Shown: positions 1 to 9,780, counted from the stretch's first letter. The stretch: DNA of 64,000 bases from an uncultured Candidatus Saccharibacteria bacterium (GCA_964612745.1 CAZTCH010000003.1:61931-125930); one strand, 5' to 3'. Notes: a model not told the origin generated them from the sequence alone. Translations and numbers: made by a program.

Positions 1-1065
1 GTCGGTGCAGATGGTACCGCGACCATCGATCCAGCAGCTGGTTGGGATAAGACAGGCCTTTCTGGTAAACAGCTCAAGCGTGCCACTGCAGACTTGCAGC
101 AGGGACAAGGTGCCCTTTCTGGTGGTAGTGTCATTGTGCGCTTAGAGTTTAACGAAGAGGGGACAAAGTTGTTTGGGGAAATTACTCAGAACAGCATTGG
201 CAAACCAATTGCTATTTTCCTTGACGGCGCAATTTTGTCTGCACCAACCGTGCAAACAGCAATTACCGACGGTGTTGCTATCATTACCGGAAACTTTACG
301 GTTGATGAAGCAAAGCAGTTGGCTACTCGATTGAACTCTGGTGCGCTTCCTGTGCCAATTCAGTTGCTATCCCAGCAAACAGTAGGAGCAACCTTAGGGC
401 AAGAGTCTATCCACAAGTCTTTGATTGCAGGGTTCTTGGGGTTGCTCTTGATTGCGTTGTTCATGATTATGTACTACCGCTTCCCAGGGCTTTTGGCTGT
501 TGGGGCGTTGGCAGTATACGTTTTGGTTTCTTTGGCAGTGCTCCAAGTAGGTATTTCTCTGACCGCGGTATTGCTTGTGGGGTTGTTCTTCTTCTTGGGA
601 CTTACTGCGAGTGTGTGGTTTGGGGTGCTGGCTTTTGCGAGCTACTTACTCTTGATGTTTATTGGTGGGGTACAGCCAGTCACTTTGACTTTGGCGGGGA
701 TTGCTGGGTTTATCCTGTCTGTCGGTATGGCTGTAGATGCCAACATTCTTATCTTCGAACGTATTCGTGAAGAAATCAGAGCCGGTAAGGACATAGGGAA
801 AGCGGTAGAAGATGGGTTTGACCGAGCGTGGTTGTCTATTCGCGATTCGAACGCATCCAGCTTAATTACCACCCTTATCTTGTACATGTTTGGTACCCCT
901 TCTATTAAAGGGTTTGCCATTACCTTGGGGATTGGTATTATCATTTCCATGTTTACAGCTATAAGTGTCACTCGCACATTCTTGCGATTATTCTTAACCA
1001 ATCGACTTTTGAGCCATCCTTGGTTGTTTGGCGTAAGCCGCAGAAAGCAGACTTCCGAGAGCTAA
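1..1065 (+). CDS. secD: Protein translocase subunit SecD (5' truncated by window edge)
   Basis: Frame open from base 1; motifs LNSGALP, VGATLG, GMAVDANILIFERIREE, IKGFAITL. Confidence 0.96.
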   Translation, partial: VGADGTATIDPAAGWDKTGLSGKQLKRATADLQQGQGALSGGSVIVRLEFNEEGTKLFGEITQNSIGKPIAIFLDGAILSAPTVQTAITDGVAIITGNFTVDEAKQLATRLNSGALPVPIQLLSQQTVGATLGQESIHKSLIAGFLGLLLIALFMIMYYRFPGLLAVGALAVYVLVSLAVLQVGISLTAVLLVGLFFFLGLTASVWFGVLAFASYLLLMFIGGVQPVTLTLAGIAGFILSVGMAVDANILIFERIREEIRAGKDIGKAVEDGFDRAWLSIRDSNASSLITTLILYMFGTPSIKGFAITLGIGIIISMFTAISVTRTFLRLFLTNRLLSHPWLFGVSRRKQTSES

Positions 1066-1111
1066 GTATCGGTGATACAAGCGCTCACATAGTAGATTAG
1101 TTTAAACTTAT

Positions 1112-2002
1112 ATGATAAAAATTCTCAATTATTACAAGTATCTTTTTGCTCTCTCGGCACTTATTATAGTTGTTGGTGTGGGCTCTTTGGCAATCTTTGG
1201 GCTGAAGCTCGGGATTGATTTTAAAGGTGGTACCATTACTGAGCTTGAGTACACCGAGCTACCAGACGTTGCGAAAGTGCGTGACGTTGCTACAGAAGCC
1301 GGAGTTAAAAGCTTGCAACTCCAAACTCTTGGAGAGAAAGGGTTGCTGATTAAGACCGAGGTAATGTCTGCTGAAGAGCACACAAAGCTCGTCGAAGCAC
1401 TCAAGACCAACACTGGCACATTTGAAGAAAAGCGGTTTGAATCTATCGGTCCTTTGGTGGGACAGGAATTGCGAACAGATGCATTTTGGCAGTTGTTGTT
1501 AGTGAGCTTAGGTATTGTGCTGTACATTGCCTATGCCTTCCGCAGGATTCAGCGCCCGATTACTTCTTGGAAGTTCGGCTGGGCAGCAATTATTGCGCTC
1601 ATGCACGACCTCTTGGTGGTACTCGCAGTATTTTCCTTACTCGGGCACTTTAAGGGCGTCGAAGTAGATAGCATGTTTGTAACAGCTATGCTCACCGTGC
1701 TTGGGTTCTCGATCCACGATACTATTGTGGTGTTTGACCGTATTCGCGAAAATTTGAAGGTCTACGCAGGTCAGTCTATCGAATACATTGTCAACAAAAG
1801 CATTACCCAAACCATTGTCCGTTCACTGAACACGAGCTTGACTGTACTCTTCGTTTTGCTTGCTATGTTGTTGTTCGGGGGAGAGAGTATTCGCTATTTT
1901 GTCTTGGCATTGTTTGTGGGTATTGTGACTGGTACCTATTCTTCTATTTTTATCGCCAGTCCGATCTTGGTACTCTGGCAAAAGGTGTCATCTCGCAAGT
2001 AA
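1112..2002 (+). CDS. secF: Protein translocase subunit SecF
   Basis: GIDFKGG, GFSIHDTIVVFDRIREN, GTYSSIFIA; follows secD. Confidence 0.96.
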   Translation: MIKILNYYKYLFALSALIIVVGVGSLAIFGLKLGIDFKGGTITELEYTELPDVAKVRDVATEAGVKSLQLQTLGEKGLLIKTEVMSAEEHTKLVEALKTNTGTFEEKRFESIGPLVGQELRTDAFWQLLLVSLGIVLYIAYAFRRIQRPITSWKFGWAAIIALMHDLLVVLAVFSLLGHFKGVEVDSMFVTAMLTVLGFSIHDTIVVFDRIRENLKVYAGQSIEYIVNKSITQTIVRSLNTSLTVLFVLLAMLLFGGESIRYFVLALFVGIVTGTYSSIFIASPILVLWQKVSSRK

Positions 2003-2018
2003 AAAGGCCTATTTTGAC

Positions 2019-2050
2019 TAATCCCGCTTAATTGCGGGATTTTTTTATTT
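2019..2050 (+). terminator. Intrinsic terminator after secF
   Basis: aatcccgc-ttaatt-gcgggatt followed by T-run. Confidence 0.75.
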
Positions 2051-2164
2051 AGGGACATTTGACAGAATTAACCCATTTCTGCTATAATTTATGAAATATA
2101 TTGCTAATGACTTTGCCAAAATCGGTCATTTATGTGATAAGATAAATATATAGCACAAGACTGT

Positions 2165-3268
2165 ATGGGAATTTTAGATACTATAATCGATACAAAACAG
2201 ACCGATCTAGCGAATGAGTTCGAGCCTTTAGTCATTGTTGGCAAAATCCTCGAAAAGCTCAAAGAACGCGATCGTGAGATTTTGGCACGTCGGTACGGTC
2301 TTTCTGGTTTTCAGGAGCAGACCTTGGAAGCAATAGGTAAAGACTTAAAACTGACTCGTGAGCGCGTACGACAAATCGAAAAGACTTTGTTGAAACAGCT
2401 CCAGACTTCTGTAAAAGAACATACTGACGTTTCTACCACACACGAATTATTGCACTCCATGCTTTCTGAGCACGGGGGGATAATGGCAGAAGTAGAACTC
2501 CTTGAACGGTTGGGTGTATCTGCAATCGAAGAAGCGAACGCAGTACGCTTTTTGTTGTTGCTCTTAGAGCAGGTAGAGAATATTCGCGGCCATGAGCATA
2601 TTAAAGATGCGTGGGCAGCGCTTCGTTTTGATTCTGAATTGTTCAATAAGTTTGTTGCAGCAAGTAAAGTAGTTTTGGAAGCAGCGGCACGACCACACGG
2701 TGCAGAACGCTTTTTGGCTGCATTTAAAGAAACAGAGTTTTACCAGCAGCATACTGCAGAATTGCCTGATAAAGTTATTTTGAATTTCCTTTCCACTGCG
2801 AAAGTAATTAGCAAGAACGCTTTCCACGAATACGGTCTCGTGCATTGGCGCGATATTACCCCTCGTGATGTTGGTGATAAAGCTTATTTGGTTTTGAAGC
2901 ACCACAATCAACCAGAGCACTACACACAAATTACTGAACTCATTAACAAGCACCACCCTGGTAGCCGCAAGGCATACAAAGAAACGGTGCACAATGAACT
3001 CATTAAGGACAAGCGATTTATCCTCGTTGGTCGAGGCATCTACGCTTTGGCTGAATGGGGTTACAAGCCAGGGGTAGTGGCAGATGTAATCGCAGAAGTA
3101 TTACGCGATGCAGGTACTCCACTGACTCGTGACGAAATTATTACGCAAGTATTAAAGCGTCGCATGGTTAAGAAAAATACTATTTTAGTCGGTCTTTCCA
3201 ATCGGAAGCGCTTTACCAAAGTGGGCAAAAATCAGTACGAATTAGTAGCTACTCCAGCTGCAAAGTAA
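2165..3268 (+). CDS. Sigma70 region-4 HTH plus C-terminal winged-HTH (HARE-HTH/RNAP delta-like) protein
   Basis: RRYGL...TLEAIG...TRERVRQIE at N-terminus; TVHNELIKDKRFILVGRGIYAL at C-terminus; architecture typical of CPR. Confidence 0.75.
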   Translation: MGILDTIIDTKQTDLANEFEPLVIVGKILEKLKERDREILARRYGLSGFQEQTLEAIGKDLKLTRERVRQIEKTLLKQLQTSVKEHTDVSTTHELLHSMLSEHGGIMAEVELLERLGVSAIEEANAVRFLLLLLEQVENIRGHEHIKDAWAALRFDSELFNKFVAASKVVLEAAARPHGAERFLAAFKETEFYQQHTAELPDKVILNFLSTAKVISKNAFHEYGLVHWRDITPRDVGDKAYLVLKHHNQPEHYTQITELINKHHPGSRKAYKETVHNELIKDKRFILVGRGIYALAEWGYKPGVVADVIAEVLRDAGTPLTRDEIITQVLKRRMVKKNTILVGLSNRKRFTKVGKNQYELVATPAAK

Positions 3269-3423
3269 TCCACCGGAGAGGCGCTTCTAAGTTTTCCACT
3301 TTTCATATAAAATCAAAGTAGTGGTCGTCCCAAAACAAATTCCAATTCCATACAGCAGTACATACAAGGACTTGGAATTGGGGTCCTTGTTTTTTGTATC
3401 ACACAACGAGCCAATACATACAC

Positions 3424-4716
3424 ATGTTTGAATCTGTACTAGATGGACTAAGTGAAGTTGTACAATCTGTTCCCAGTATCCTCTGGTGGTTTTTTGGACA
3501 TGGGGGGTGGATTATTTTTGTGGTGCTGACCGTATGGGTGTTGTTCCAGCAGTACATGGATGAAATACGTAAGCAGTTTATATCCGGACAAGAGTGGGTA
3601 TTTTTAAGTATTCGAGTTCCCAAAACAAATGAGTTGTCTACGCTCGCAGTAGAACAAGTGTTTGCTCAGATGCATGCGCTCTTGGGCGGCTCTACGTTTG
3701 CTCAGAAATATGTAGAAGGGCAGGTGCCATTGTGGTATAGCTTTGAAATAGTATCTTTGGGTGGAAAAATTTCATTTGTTATCCGTGCTCCCAAAAAAAG
3801 CCAAGACCTTGTGGAGGCAGCGTTTTATGCACAGTATCCTGAAGCGGAAGTTACCGAGGTCTCTGACTACTTAGAAAACTTTTCTTTTGACCCCGAAACA
3901 GCACCGGTGGATGTGTGGGGAACAGAACTTGTCGAGGCTATGGATCAGGCGCTCCCTATTAAAACATATAGAGACTTCGAGCATCCAACTGCGAAAGATA
4001 AAATTGTGGACCCGCTCAGACCGCTGTTTGAAGCGATGGCGAAAATAAGCCCACACGAATTGTTTGCCTACCAGCTTGTGGCATTGCCAGTTGCCGATAG
4101 TGAGTGGAAACCAAAAGGGGAGTCGAAAGCAACAGAGCTTATTGAAGGGCCTAAGGCAGCACCGAAACCATTTAGTTTGTGGGGGCTTTTGAAGGGGTTG
4201 GTTATTCCCGCTAAGCCACCTGCGGCGAAAAGCGATAGGAACTTTTCTGTGATGACCGATGTAGATAAGGAACGGGTGAATCGGGTCTTGAATAAGGTGG
4301 GTAAAGTTGGCTACGCATGCAAAATCCGACTTCTGTATGCAGCGCCAAAAGATAAATTCGAAAAATCCAAAGCCTCTTTGTTTATCGGGGCATTTAAAAC
4401 GTTATCGAGCGCGAACACCAATGGCTTTAAGCCAAATGGAGAAGTAACGCCGAAGCTTGACTATAAACTGTCTGAGTCACTGGAAAAACCATACATTGAC
4501 TTTGTGGTTGCAAAGCGGAAAGCAGGCTTAGTCAAGAATTTCAAAGGCCGGAGTGGCGGGGGAGGCGCCAAGCCGTATGTGCTGAACATAGAAGAGCTGG
4601 CAACTATGTACCACTTACCACTCGTGTCGCTTGAAACGGTATCATCGCCAAACGTCGATACCGTGGCAAGTAAAAAGAGCCAGCCACCCGCAAACTTACC
4701 AATTGGAGAATACTAA
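3424..4716 (+). CDS. Conserved membrane-anchored hypothetical protein, partner of VirD4-like ATPase
   Basis: N-terminal TM; YSFEIVS, YAQYPEAEV, LNIEELATMYHLP, PPANLP motifs recurrent in CPR proteins next to TraG/VirD4-like ATPases. Confidence 0.65.
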   Translation: MFESVLDGLSEVVQSVPSILWWFFGHGGWIIFVVLTVWVLFQQYMDEIRKQFISGQEWVFLSIRVPKTNELSTLAVEQVFAQMHALLGGSTFAQKYVEGQVPLWYSFEIVSLGGKISFVIRAPKKSQDLVEAAFYAQYPEAEVTEVSDYLENFSFDPETAPVDVWGTELVEAMDQALPIKTYRDFEHPTAKDKIVDPLRPLFEAMAKISPHELFAYQLVALPVADSEWKPKGESKATELIEGPKAAPKPFSLWGLLKGLVIPAKPPAAKSDRNFSVMTDVDKERVNRVLNKVGKVGYACKIRLLYAAPKDKFEKSKASLFIGAFKTLSSANTNGFKPNGEVTPKLDYKLSESLEKPYIDFVVAKRKAGLVKNFKGRSGGGGAKPYVLNIEELATMYHLPLVSLETVSSPNVDTVASKKSQPPANLPIGEY

Positions 4717-4804
4717 TACTAAGCTGAATGTTTATAAAGTTATAAAGTTCATAAAGCTTGATACCTTTATGAACTTGCAACTTTAAAAACTTTAGGAACT
4801 GTCC

Positions 4805-6778
4805 ATGCAAGCACCAGAAGACCAAATTACTTTTTTTGCCAAAACAAACTTCCGCAATCGAGAAGTGCCTTTTGGTATAAAAACAGATGACCGCAGACGT
4901 CACATGTATGTGATTGGTAAGACAGGTATGGGTAAAACTACGCTCATGGAAAACATGGCTATTCAGGATATTCGGAATGGGCATGGTGTGTGTTTTATGG
5001 ATCCACACGGGGACTCTGTGGTAAAGATTTTGGATTATATTCCGAGCAGTCGTGTGAATGATGTCGTGTACTTTAACCCTGCTGACTTAGACTACCCAAT
5101 TGCGTTTAATATTATGGAGTCTGTAGAAGGTCGGTTCCAGCATTTGGTGGCCTCGGGGCTTATGGGTGTGTTTACCAAAATCTGGGCTGGGGTGTGGTCT
5201 GCTCGTATGGAATATATTTTGGGCAATACCGTGCGTGCGCTGTTAGAGAGTCCAGGGAATTCTATTTTGGGTATTACTCGCATGTACATAGACAAGCAAT
5301 ACCGCAAGCGTATTGTGGACAACATCAAAGATCCGATGGTGCGTGTGTTTTGGACAGATGAATACGCCAACTACGACCAAAAATTTGTGAAAGATGCGGT
5401 AGCGCCTATTCAAAACAAAGTAGGGCAGTTTTTGTCGAGTGCGATTATCCGCAACATTGTTGGACAACCAAAGTCGACCATTGACCTGCGTGAGATAATG
5501 GACAATCGGAAGATTTTGCTTATGGACTTGTCCAAAGGAAAAGTGGGCGAAGAAAATGCCGCCTTGCTTGGTGCGATGATTATTACGAAGCTGCAGCTTG
5601 CAGCTATGTCGCGCGTGGACATGCTCGAAGCAGAGCGACCAGACTTTTATTTGTACGTAGATGAATTCCAAAACTTTGCCACAGAAAGTTTTGCTACTAT
5701 TTTGAGTGAGGCGCGTAAGTATCACTTAAACTTGATTATGGGGCACCAATACATTGGACAGCTCACTCCAACCAAAGACAACTCTCGGTTACGCGATGCT
5801 ATTTTTGGTAACGTGGGTAGCATGATTTGTTTCCGCATTGGTGCAGCAGACGCTGAATATTTAGAGACAGAGTTTGCGCCAGTGTACACGCCAAACGATT
5901 TGGTGAATTTACCGAAGTATCATATTTTACTCAAGTTGATGATCAATGGTGTTTCGAGCGAGCCTTTTTCTGCACGAAGCATACCGGTGAATCCCGACTT
6001 TATATCTGGAAATGCGGAGAAGGTGGTACGTGTCTCGCGCGAACGATATGGGAACCCAGTCGAGCAAGTGGAAGAGCGTATTTCTCGTTGGATGGGTGCA
6101 GAGTTCCATCAAAAGAGTGCTGCGATGGCAGGGGATGAAAAAGAAGCGAGTGATGTCAGCATGCTACCGGTACCTGAACGACCAGCGCTGTCTCCTACAC
6201 GTCCACCAGAGCGCTACGACGAACCACAGAAACTAGTTGAGCCTCAGAAGCCAGTTGTGGTAGCAGAGGCTCCAGTCGTACAACCGACAGAGGTAGTGGC
6301 TAATGTCCCTCGTGCAAGTGAGCCGTTGGTGTACAAAGCGCCTCCACTCCCAACCCCAGCTAAACCAGAATACGAACCACCACGGCAGCGCCCCACTCCG
6401 GGTGCTATGGGCAGGCCAGCACCAACACAAAGATTTGCACCGGCGCGACCAACAGAACGTCCGTTTAATAACCCACGACCACGTAACAGGGACGCTGGAT
6501 TCGAAAAGCCGTCTGGTCCTCGCAAACCACCAGCACCATCAAGGCCAGCTGGACCAGCCAAACCAAATATTTGGGACACGGTAGCGCAGATGCATCAAGA
6601 GCGAGATTTGGATATTGTAGAAAAGCTATCCTCAGCGCTTGTTGTAGATACCCCACCTGTACTACCACCAAAGCAGGTGCAGCAGAACTCAGGGAGTAAT
6701 GCCCCACGCCAAGGGGTAGACCAGCAGAAAGAAGCGCACAAGAAAATAATGCGCCCTGGAGAAAAACACACGTTTTAA
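4805..6778 (+). CDS. VirD4/TraG/HerA-like P-loop ATPase (T4SS coupling-protein-like) with Pro-rich tail
   Basis: RHMYVIGKTGMGKT Walker A, DPHGD, LYVDEFQNF Walker B, SEARKY, GNVGS. Confidence 0.85.
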   Translation: MQAPEDQITFFAKTNFRNREVPFGIKTDDRRRHMYVIGKTGMGKTTLMENMAIQDIRNGHGVCFMDPHGDSVVKILDYIPSSRVNDVVYFNPADLDYPIAFNIMESVEGRFQHLVASGLMGVFTKIWAGVWSARMEYILGNTVRALLESPGNSILGITRMYIDKQYRKRIVDNIKDPMVRVFWTDEYANYDQKFVKDAVAPIQNKVGQFLSSAIIRNIVGQPKSTIDLREIMDNRKILLMDLSKGKVGEENAALLGAMIITKLQLAAMSRVDMLEAERPDFYLYVDEFQNFATESFATILSEARKYHLNLIMGHQYIGQLTPTKDNSRLRDAIFGNVGSMICFRIGAADAEYLETEFAPVYTPNDLVNLPKYHILLKLMINGVSSEPFSARSIPVNPDFISGNAEKVVRVSRERYGNPVEQVEERISRWMGAEFHQKSAAMAGDEKEASDVSMLPVPERPALSPTRPPERYDEPQKLVEPQKPVVVAEAPVVQPTEVVANVPRASEPLVYKAPPLPTPAKPEYEPPRQRPTPGAMGRPAPTQRFAPARPTERPFNNPRPRNRDAGFEKPSGPRKPPAPSRPAGPAKPNIWDTVAQMHQERDLDIVEKLSSALVVDTPPVLPPKQVQQNSGSNAPRQGVDQQKEAHKKIMRPGEKHTF

Positions 6779-6812
6779 AAAAACGCCGCAAGCGAATGCT
6801 TGTGGCGTTTTA
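6779..6812. terminator. Bidirectional terminator between convergent ATPase and trxA
   Basis: aaaacgccgcaagc-gaat-gcttgtggcgtttt. Confidence 0.7.
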
Positions 6813-6832
6813 TTTTGATACTACGAGCTGTA

Positions 6833-7177
6833 TTAGGCTGCAGCAGGAGCATCTGCAGGAATGTGTTTCTGAATGGTGGCTTCAATTGTTGCCGCAGGAG
6901 CTGCGCCAATAATTTCATCTACTTCTACACCATCTTTGAAAAACTTCATAGTTGGGATGCTCAGGATTTGGTAGTGAGAAGCAAGGTCATTCTCTTCGTC
7001 TACATTCACTTTGCCTACTTTAATCTTGCCTTCGTACTTTGTTGCAAGCTCGGCAATGACTGGGCTAATGATTTTGCAAGGACCACACCAAGCAGCCCAG
7101 AAATCTACGAGCACTGGGGTGCTGGACTTGAGTACTTCTTGTTCAAAATTAGCTTGGGTTATGACTACTTCTGCCAT
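6833..7177 (-). CDS. trxA: Thioredoxin
   Basis: VDFWAAWCGPCK, SIPT. Confidence 0.97.
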   Translation of the reverse strand: MAEVVITQANFEQEVLKSSTPVLVDFWAAWCGPCKIISPVIAELATKYEGKIKVGKVNVDEENDLASHYQILSIPTMKFFKDGVEVDEIIGAAPAATIEATIQKHIPADAPAAA

Positions 7178-7304
7178 AGTTGTTGTTTGGTTAATATACC
7201 TGCTTTATAGTACGATTGATGGCGAGGGTTGTCAACGACCATACTTGTCAGAAGTTCCTGTATTCTGTATACTATGAAAAGTGCTTGTACACGCACATAA
7301 ACGA

Positions 7305-7380
7305 CGCGGGGTAGAGAAATTGGCATCTCGCAAGGCTCATAACCTTGAGGTTGGCGGTTCGAGTCCGCCCCCCGCAACCA
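7305..7380 (+). tRNA. tRNA-fMet (CAT), initiator type
   Basis: CGCGGGG...CCCGCA ACCA with C1:A72 mismatch; anticodon loop CTCATAA; GTTCGAG T-loop; encoded CCA. Confidence 0.9.
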
Positions 7381-7518
7381 ACCTTCGCCAAGGCTTCGGC
7401 TGGCTATGCCACGAAGGTTTTGTGAAGGTTGGTTATAGGAAAAATATTCCAACATAAAATCGTGACAGATTTAACCCTCTGTTTGAGGATTTACGATTTT
7501 ACGGGGCAGTAGTTGCAA

Positions 7519-7595
7519 GCCGGTGTAGCTCAGCTGGTTAGAGCGTGGGACTCATAAGCCCAAGGTCGGTGGTTCGATCCCACCCACCGGTACCA
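7519..7595 (+). tRNA. tRNA-Met elongator (CAT; Ile2 not excluded)
   Basis: GCCGGTG/CACCGGT acceptor, TAGCTCAGCTGGTTAGAGC D-arm, CTCATAA loop, GTTCGAT, CCA. Confidence 0.9.
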
Positions 7596-7839
7596 ACGCC
7601 TCTACGAGGCACAGAACTGATAAAGTAAAAAATATAAAGTTCATAAAGTCTGAGATAATTCTTCTTTGCGAACTTTAAATTCTCTACTTGTTTATTCATA
7701 TAGGGGCCCCCCGAACTACTTGGGCCGATGCCATGTTTCATGGATGAGGTTAAGCAGTTTGGGGAGAAGGAGTACTTTATGAGTACTAGAGCAGAGTAGC
7801 CTTCGGCTACTATGTGAATGTGCGAGAAAAGTACGACGT

Positions 7840-7916
7840 GGACTGGTAGCTCAGTTGGTTAGAGCGTCCGCCTGTCACGCGGAAGGTCGCGGGTTCGAGT
7901 CCCGTTCAGTCCGCCA
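7840..7916 (+). tRNA. tRNA-Asp (GTC)
   Basis: GGACTGG/TCAGTCC acceptor, TCCGC-CTGTCAC-GCGGA anticodon arm, GTTCGAG, CCA. Confidence 0.95.
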
Positions 7917-7919
7917 GCA

Positions 7920-7949
7920 AAAAATACTCACTCCGGTGGGTATTTTTTG
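7920..7949 (+). terminator. Terminator after tRNA-Asp
   Basis: aaaatactcac-tccg-gtgggtatttt. Confidence 0.7.
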
Positions 7950-8435
7950 TTTGGTGGATACACTGAACGGGACTCGAAAAAAGCGGTTCTGCTACCAGCA
8001 GAACTGCACTGCGACTATTTGGAGCAGTGCAGAGCGACGGGGTTGTAGATAATAACTTATGCGTACTGTACTGTACGTAAAGTAGACGGCCGTCTATTTT
8101 ACGTACTGCGTGTATATTTTTTAGTGTGTTCCTGTTTTGATTTAGCGCTTTACACTTTGCATTTTGAACTTATTATAATTTCTATCCACACCCTAACTCT
8201 AGCCAAGTATATGTATATTTGATATAGTACCAGTGCGCAGAGATGCGCATCGTATTGACTTCAAAAACCAGCTTCTAGAGGGCTGGTTTTTGGCTTTTTG
8301 GACGCCTTGTAGTTTGGTGTTTCTAGTGTGGTTCTAAGCGTGTCGTGCATAAAACAGCGCCTTGACACTACAGTCAATACTTTGCGATACTGATTTTTGT
8401 GGTTCACTAGTTTTAGGCATTGGTTAGAGAACAGT

Positions 8436-8663
8436 ATGTTAAAAGGTATTGCAAAAGCTACATTATTTGGGTATGGGTGGAAGCAAAGAGCTGTGGTGTT
8501 TAGCACTACTCTCGCTACTATTTTTTTGTTCTATGGTATTGGTTTCGTTCTGGATAGATTACTGGAAACGGGACCCTTGTTTCAGGTAATTGCAGTTTTG
8601 TGTTCTTTTCCTGTAACGCAGTATTTATTGTATCGATTTCTAGTCAAAAAGAACCTTTCGTAA
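8436..8663 (+). CDS. AtpZ/AtpI-like small membrane protein
   Basis: Two TMs with GFVLDRLLETGP motif; first gene of the atp operon. Confidence 0.7.
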   Translation: MLKGIAKATLFGYGWKQRAVVFSTTLATIFLFYGIGFVLDRLLETGPLFQVIAVLCSFPVTQYLLYRFLVKKNLS

Positions 8664-8668
8664 CGTCT

Positions 8669-9517
8669 ATGGAAATTTTTATTGCTCCGAGTGTAATTTT
8701 TAGTATATACGGTGTTTCTATAACCAATACAATGCTTGCGGTGTGTGGGATGACACTTGCGATTATAATCTTCTCTTTTGGGATTCGAAGGGGTTTTGGT
8801 TTAGTGCCGACGCGTTTGCAGTTAGTGTTTGAATTTGCAGCTTCGTTTGTGTTGGACCAACTCGCTTTGGCGTTTCAGTCTAAAGAAAAAGCGCGAATGT
8901 TTTTCCCATTATTTATGACATTGCTTGTCTTTATTTTGCTGGCGAACCAACTGACTATTTTGCCACTCATTGGGCAATTGGTGTACGAAGACAAAGCTTT
9001 GTTTCGAACGCCCACATCGGATATCTCCCTGACACTCGCACTTGGTTTGGTTACTGTGCTTTCTGCGCATATTATGGCATTGGGTTTGTCCCCAATCCGG
9101 CATCTTGGTAATTTTGTTAAAATTGGTCCACTGCTGAAGTCTCGCAGCATGGCAGATGTTGGTAATGCGTTGCTCGAGGTATTTTTGGGTTTTTTGGATT
9201 TAATAGGGGAGTTTGCTAAGGTAATGTCCTTGTCTTTCAGGTTATTTGGGAACATCTTAGCTGGTGAACTTATTATTTTAATTATCGGTGGTTTGGCAGT
9301 ATTTACTTCGGTGCTGGTTCCAGTGCCGTTCATCGTGCTCAGTATTTTTTCTGGATTGGTACAGGCAGTTGTTTTTACAATGCTCTCTATCCAATTTGTA
9401 GGGGGAACGTTGAATGCCGTATACAGACCGGAGGATGATAGAGCGACGGAATCGGTGCAAGATGGGTATTCTCCTCCCTCGGAGTTGCAACCCGTTCATA
9501 GTTCGCAAATTAATTAA
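8669..9517 (+). CDS. atpB: ATP synthase F0 subunit a
   Basis: PTRLQ, RTPTSD, SLSFRLFGNILAGE, VQAVVFTML. Confidence 0.95.
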   Translation: MEIFIAPSVIFSIYGVSITNTMLAVCGMTLAIIIFSFGIRRGFGLVPTRLQLVFEFAASFVLDQLALAFQSKEKARMFFPLFMTLLVFILLANQLTILPLIGQLVYEDKALFRTPTSDISLTLALGLVTVLSAHIMALGLSPIRHLGNFVKIGPLLKSRSMADVGNALLEVFLGFLDLIGEFAKVMSLSFRLFGNILAGELIILIIGGLAVFTSVLVPVPFIVLSIFSGLVQAVVFTMLSIQFVGGTLNAVYRPEDDRATESVQDGYSPPSELQPVHSSQIN

Positions 9518-9536
9518 GTAAATGAGTAAAAATTAT

Positions 9537-9776
9537 ATGACAGAGATAACAGATGTAGCTTTTAAAGCATTGGCAGCAGGTATTTGTATGGGTATTGGTT
9601 CAGTTGGCCCTGCAGTGGGAGAAGCGTGGGTAGCCTCTCGCGCTATGGATGCTATTGGTAGAAATCCTTCGACAGCCGAAGTTATAACGCCACGCATGAT
9701 TGTCGCAATGGCTATTTGCGAGTCTACTGGTATTTATGCGCTTGTCATTTCTCTTATAATTCTGTTCGTACTGTAA
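9537..9776 (+). CDS. atpE: ATP synthase F0 subunit c (Na+-type signature)
   Basis: GxGxxGPAVGE, GRNP loop, ESTGIY. Confidence 0.95.
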   Translation: MTEITDVAFKALAAGICMGIGSVGPAVGEAWVASRAMDAIGRNPSTAEVITPRMIVAMAICESTGIYALVISLIILFVL

Positions 9777-9780
9777 TTTC

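Noticed and set aside
7165-8052. ORFs 7165-7455, 7538-7741 and 7855-8052
   Set aside because: They overlap tRNA genes; shadow ORFs
8120-8260. Replication origin
   Set aside because: Only one imperfect DnaA-box-like sequence; no cluster and no dnaA nearby
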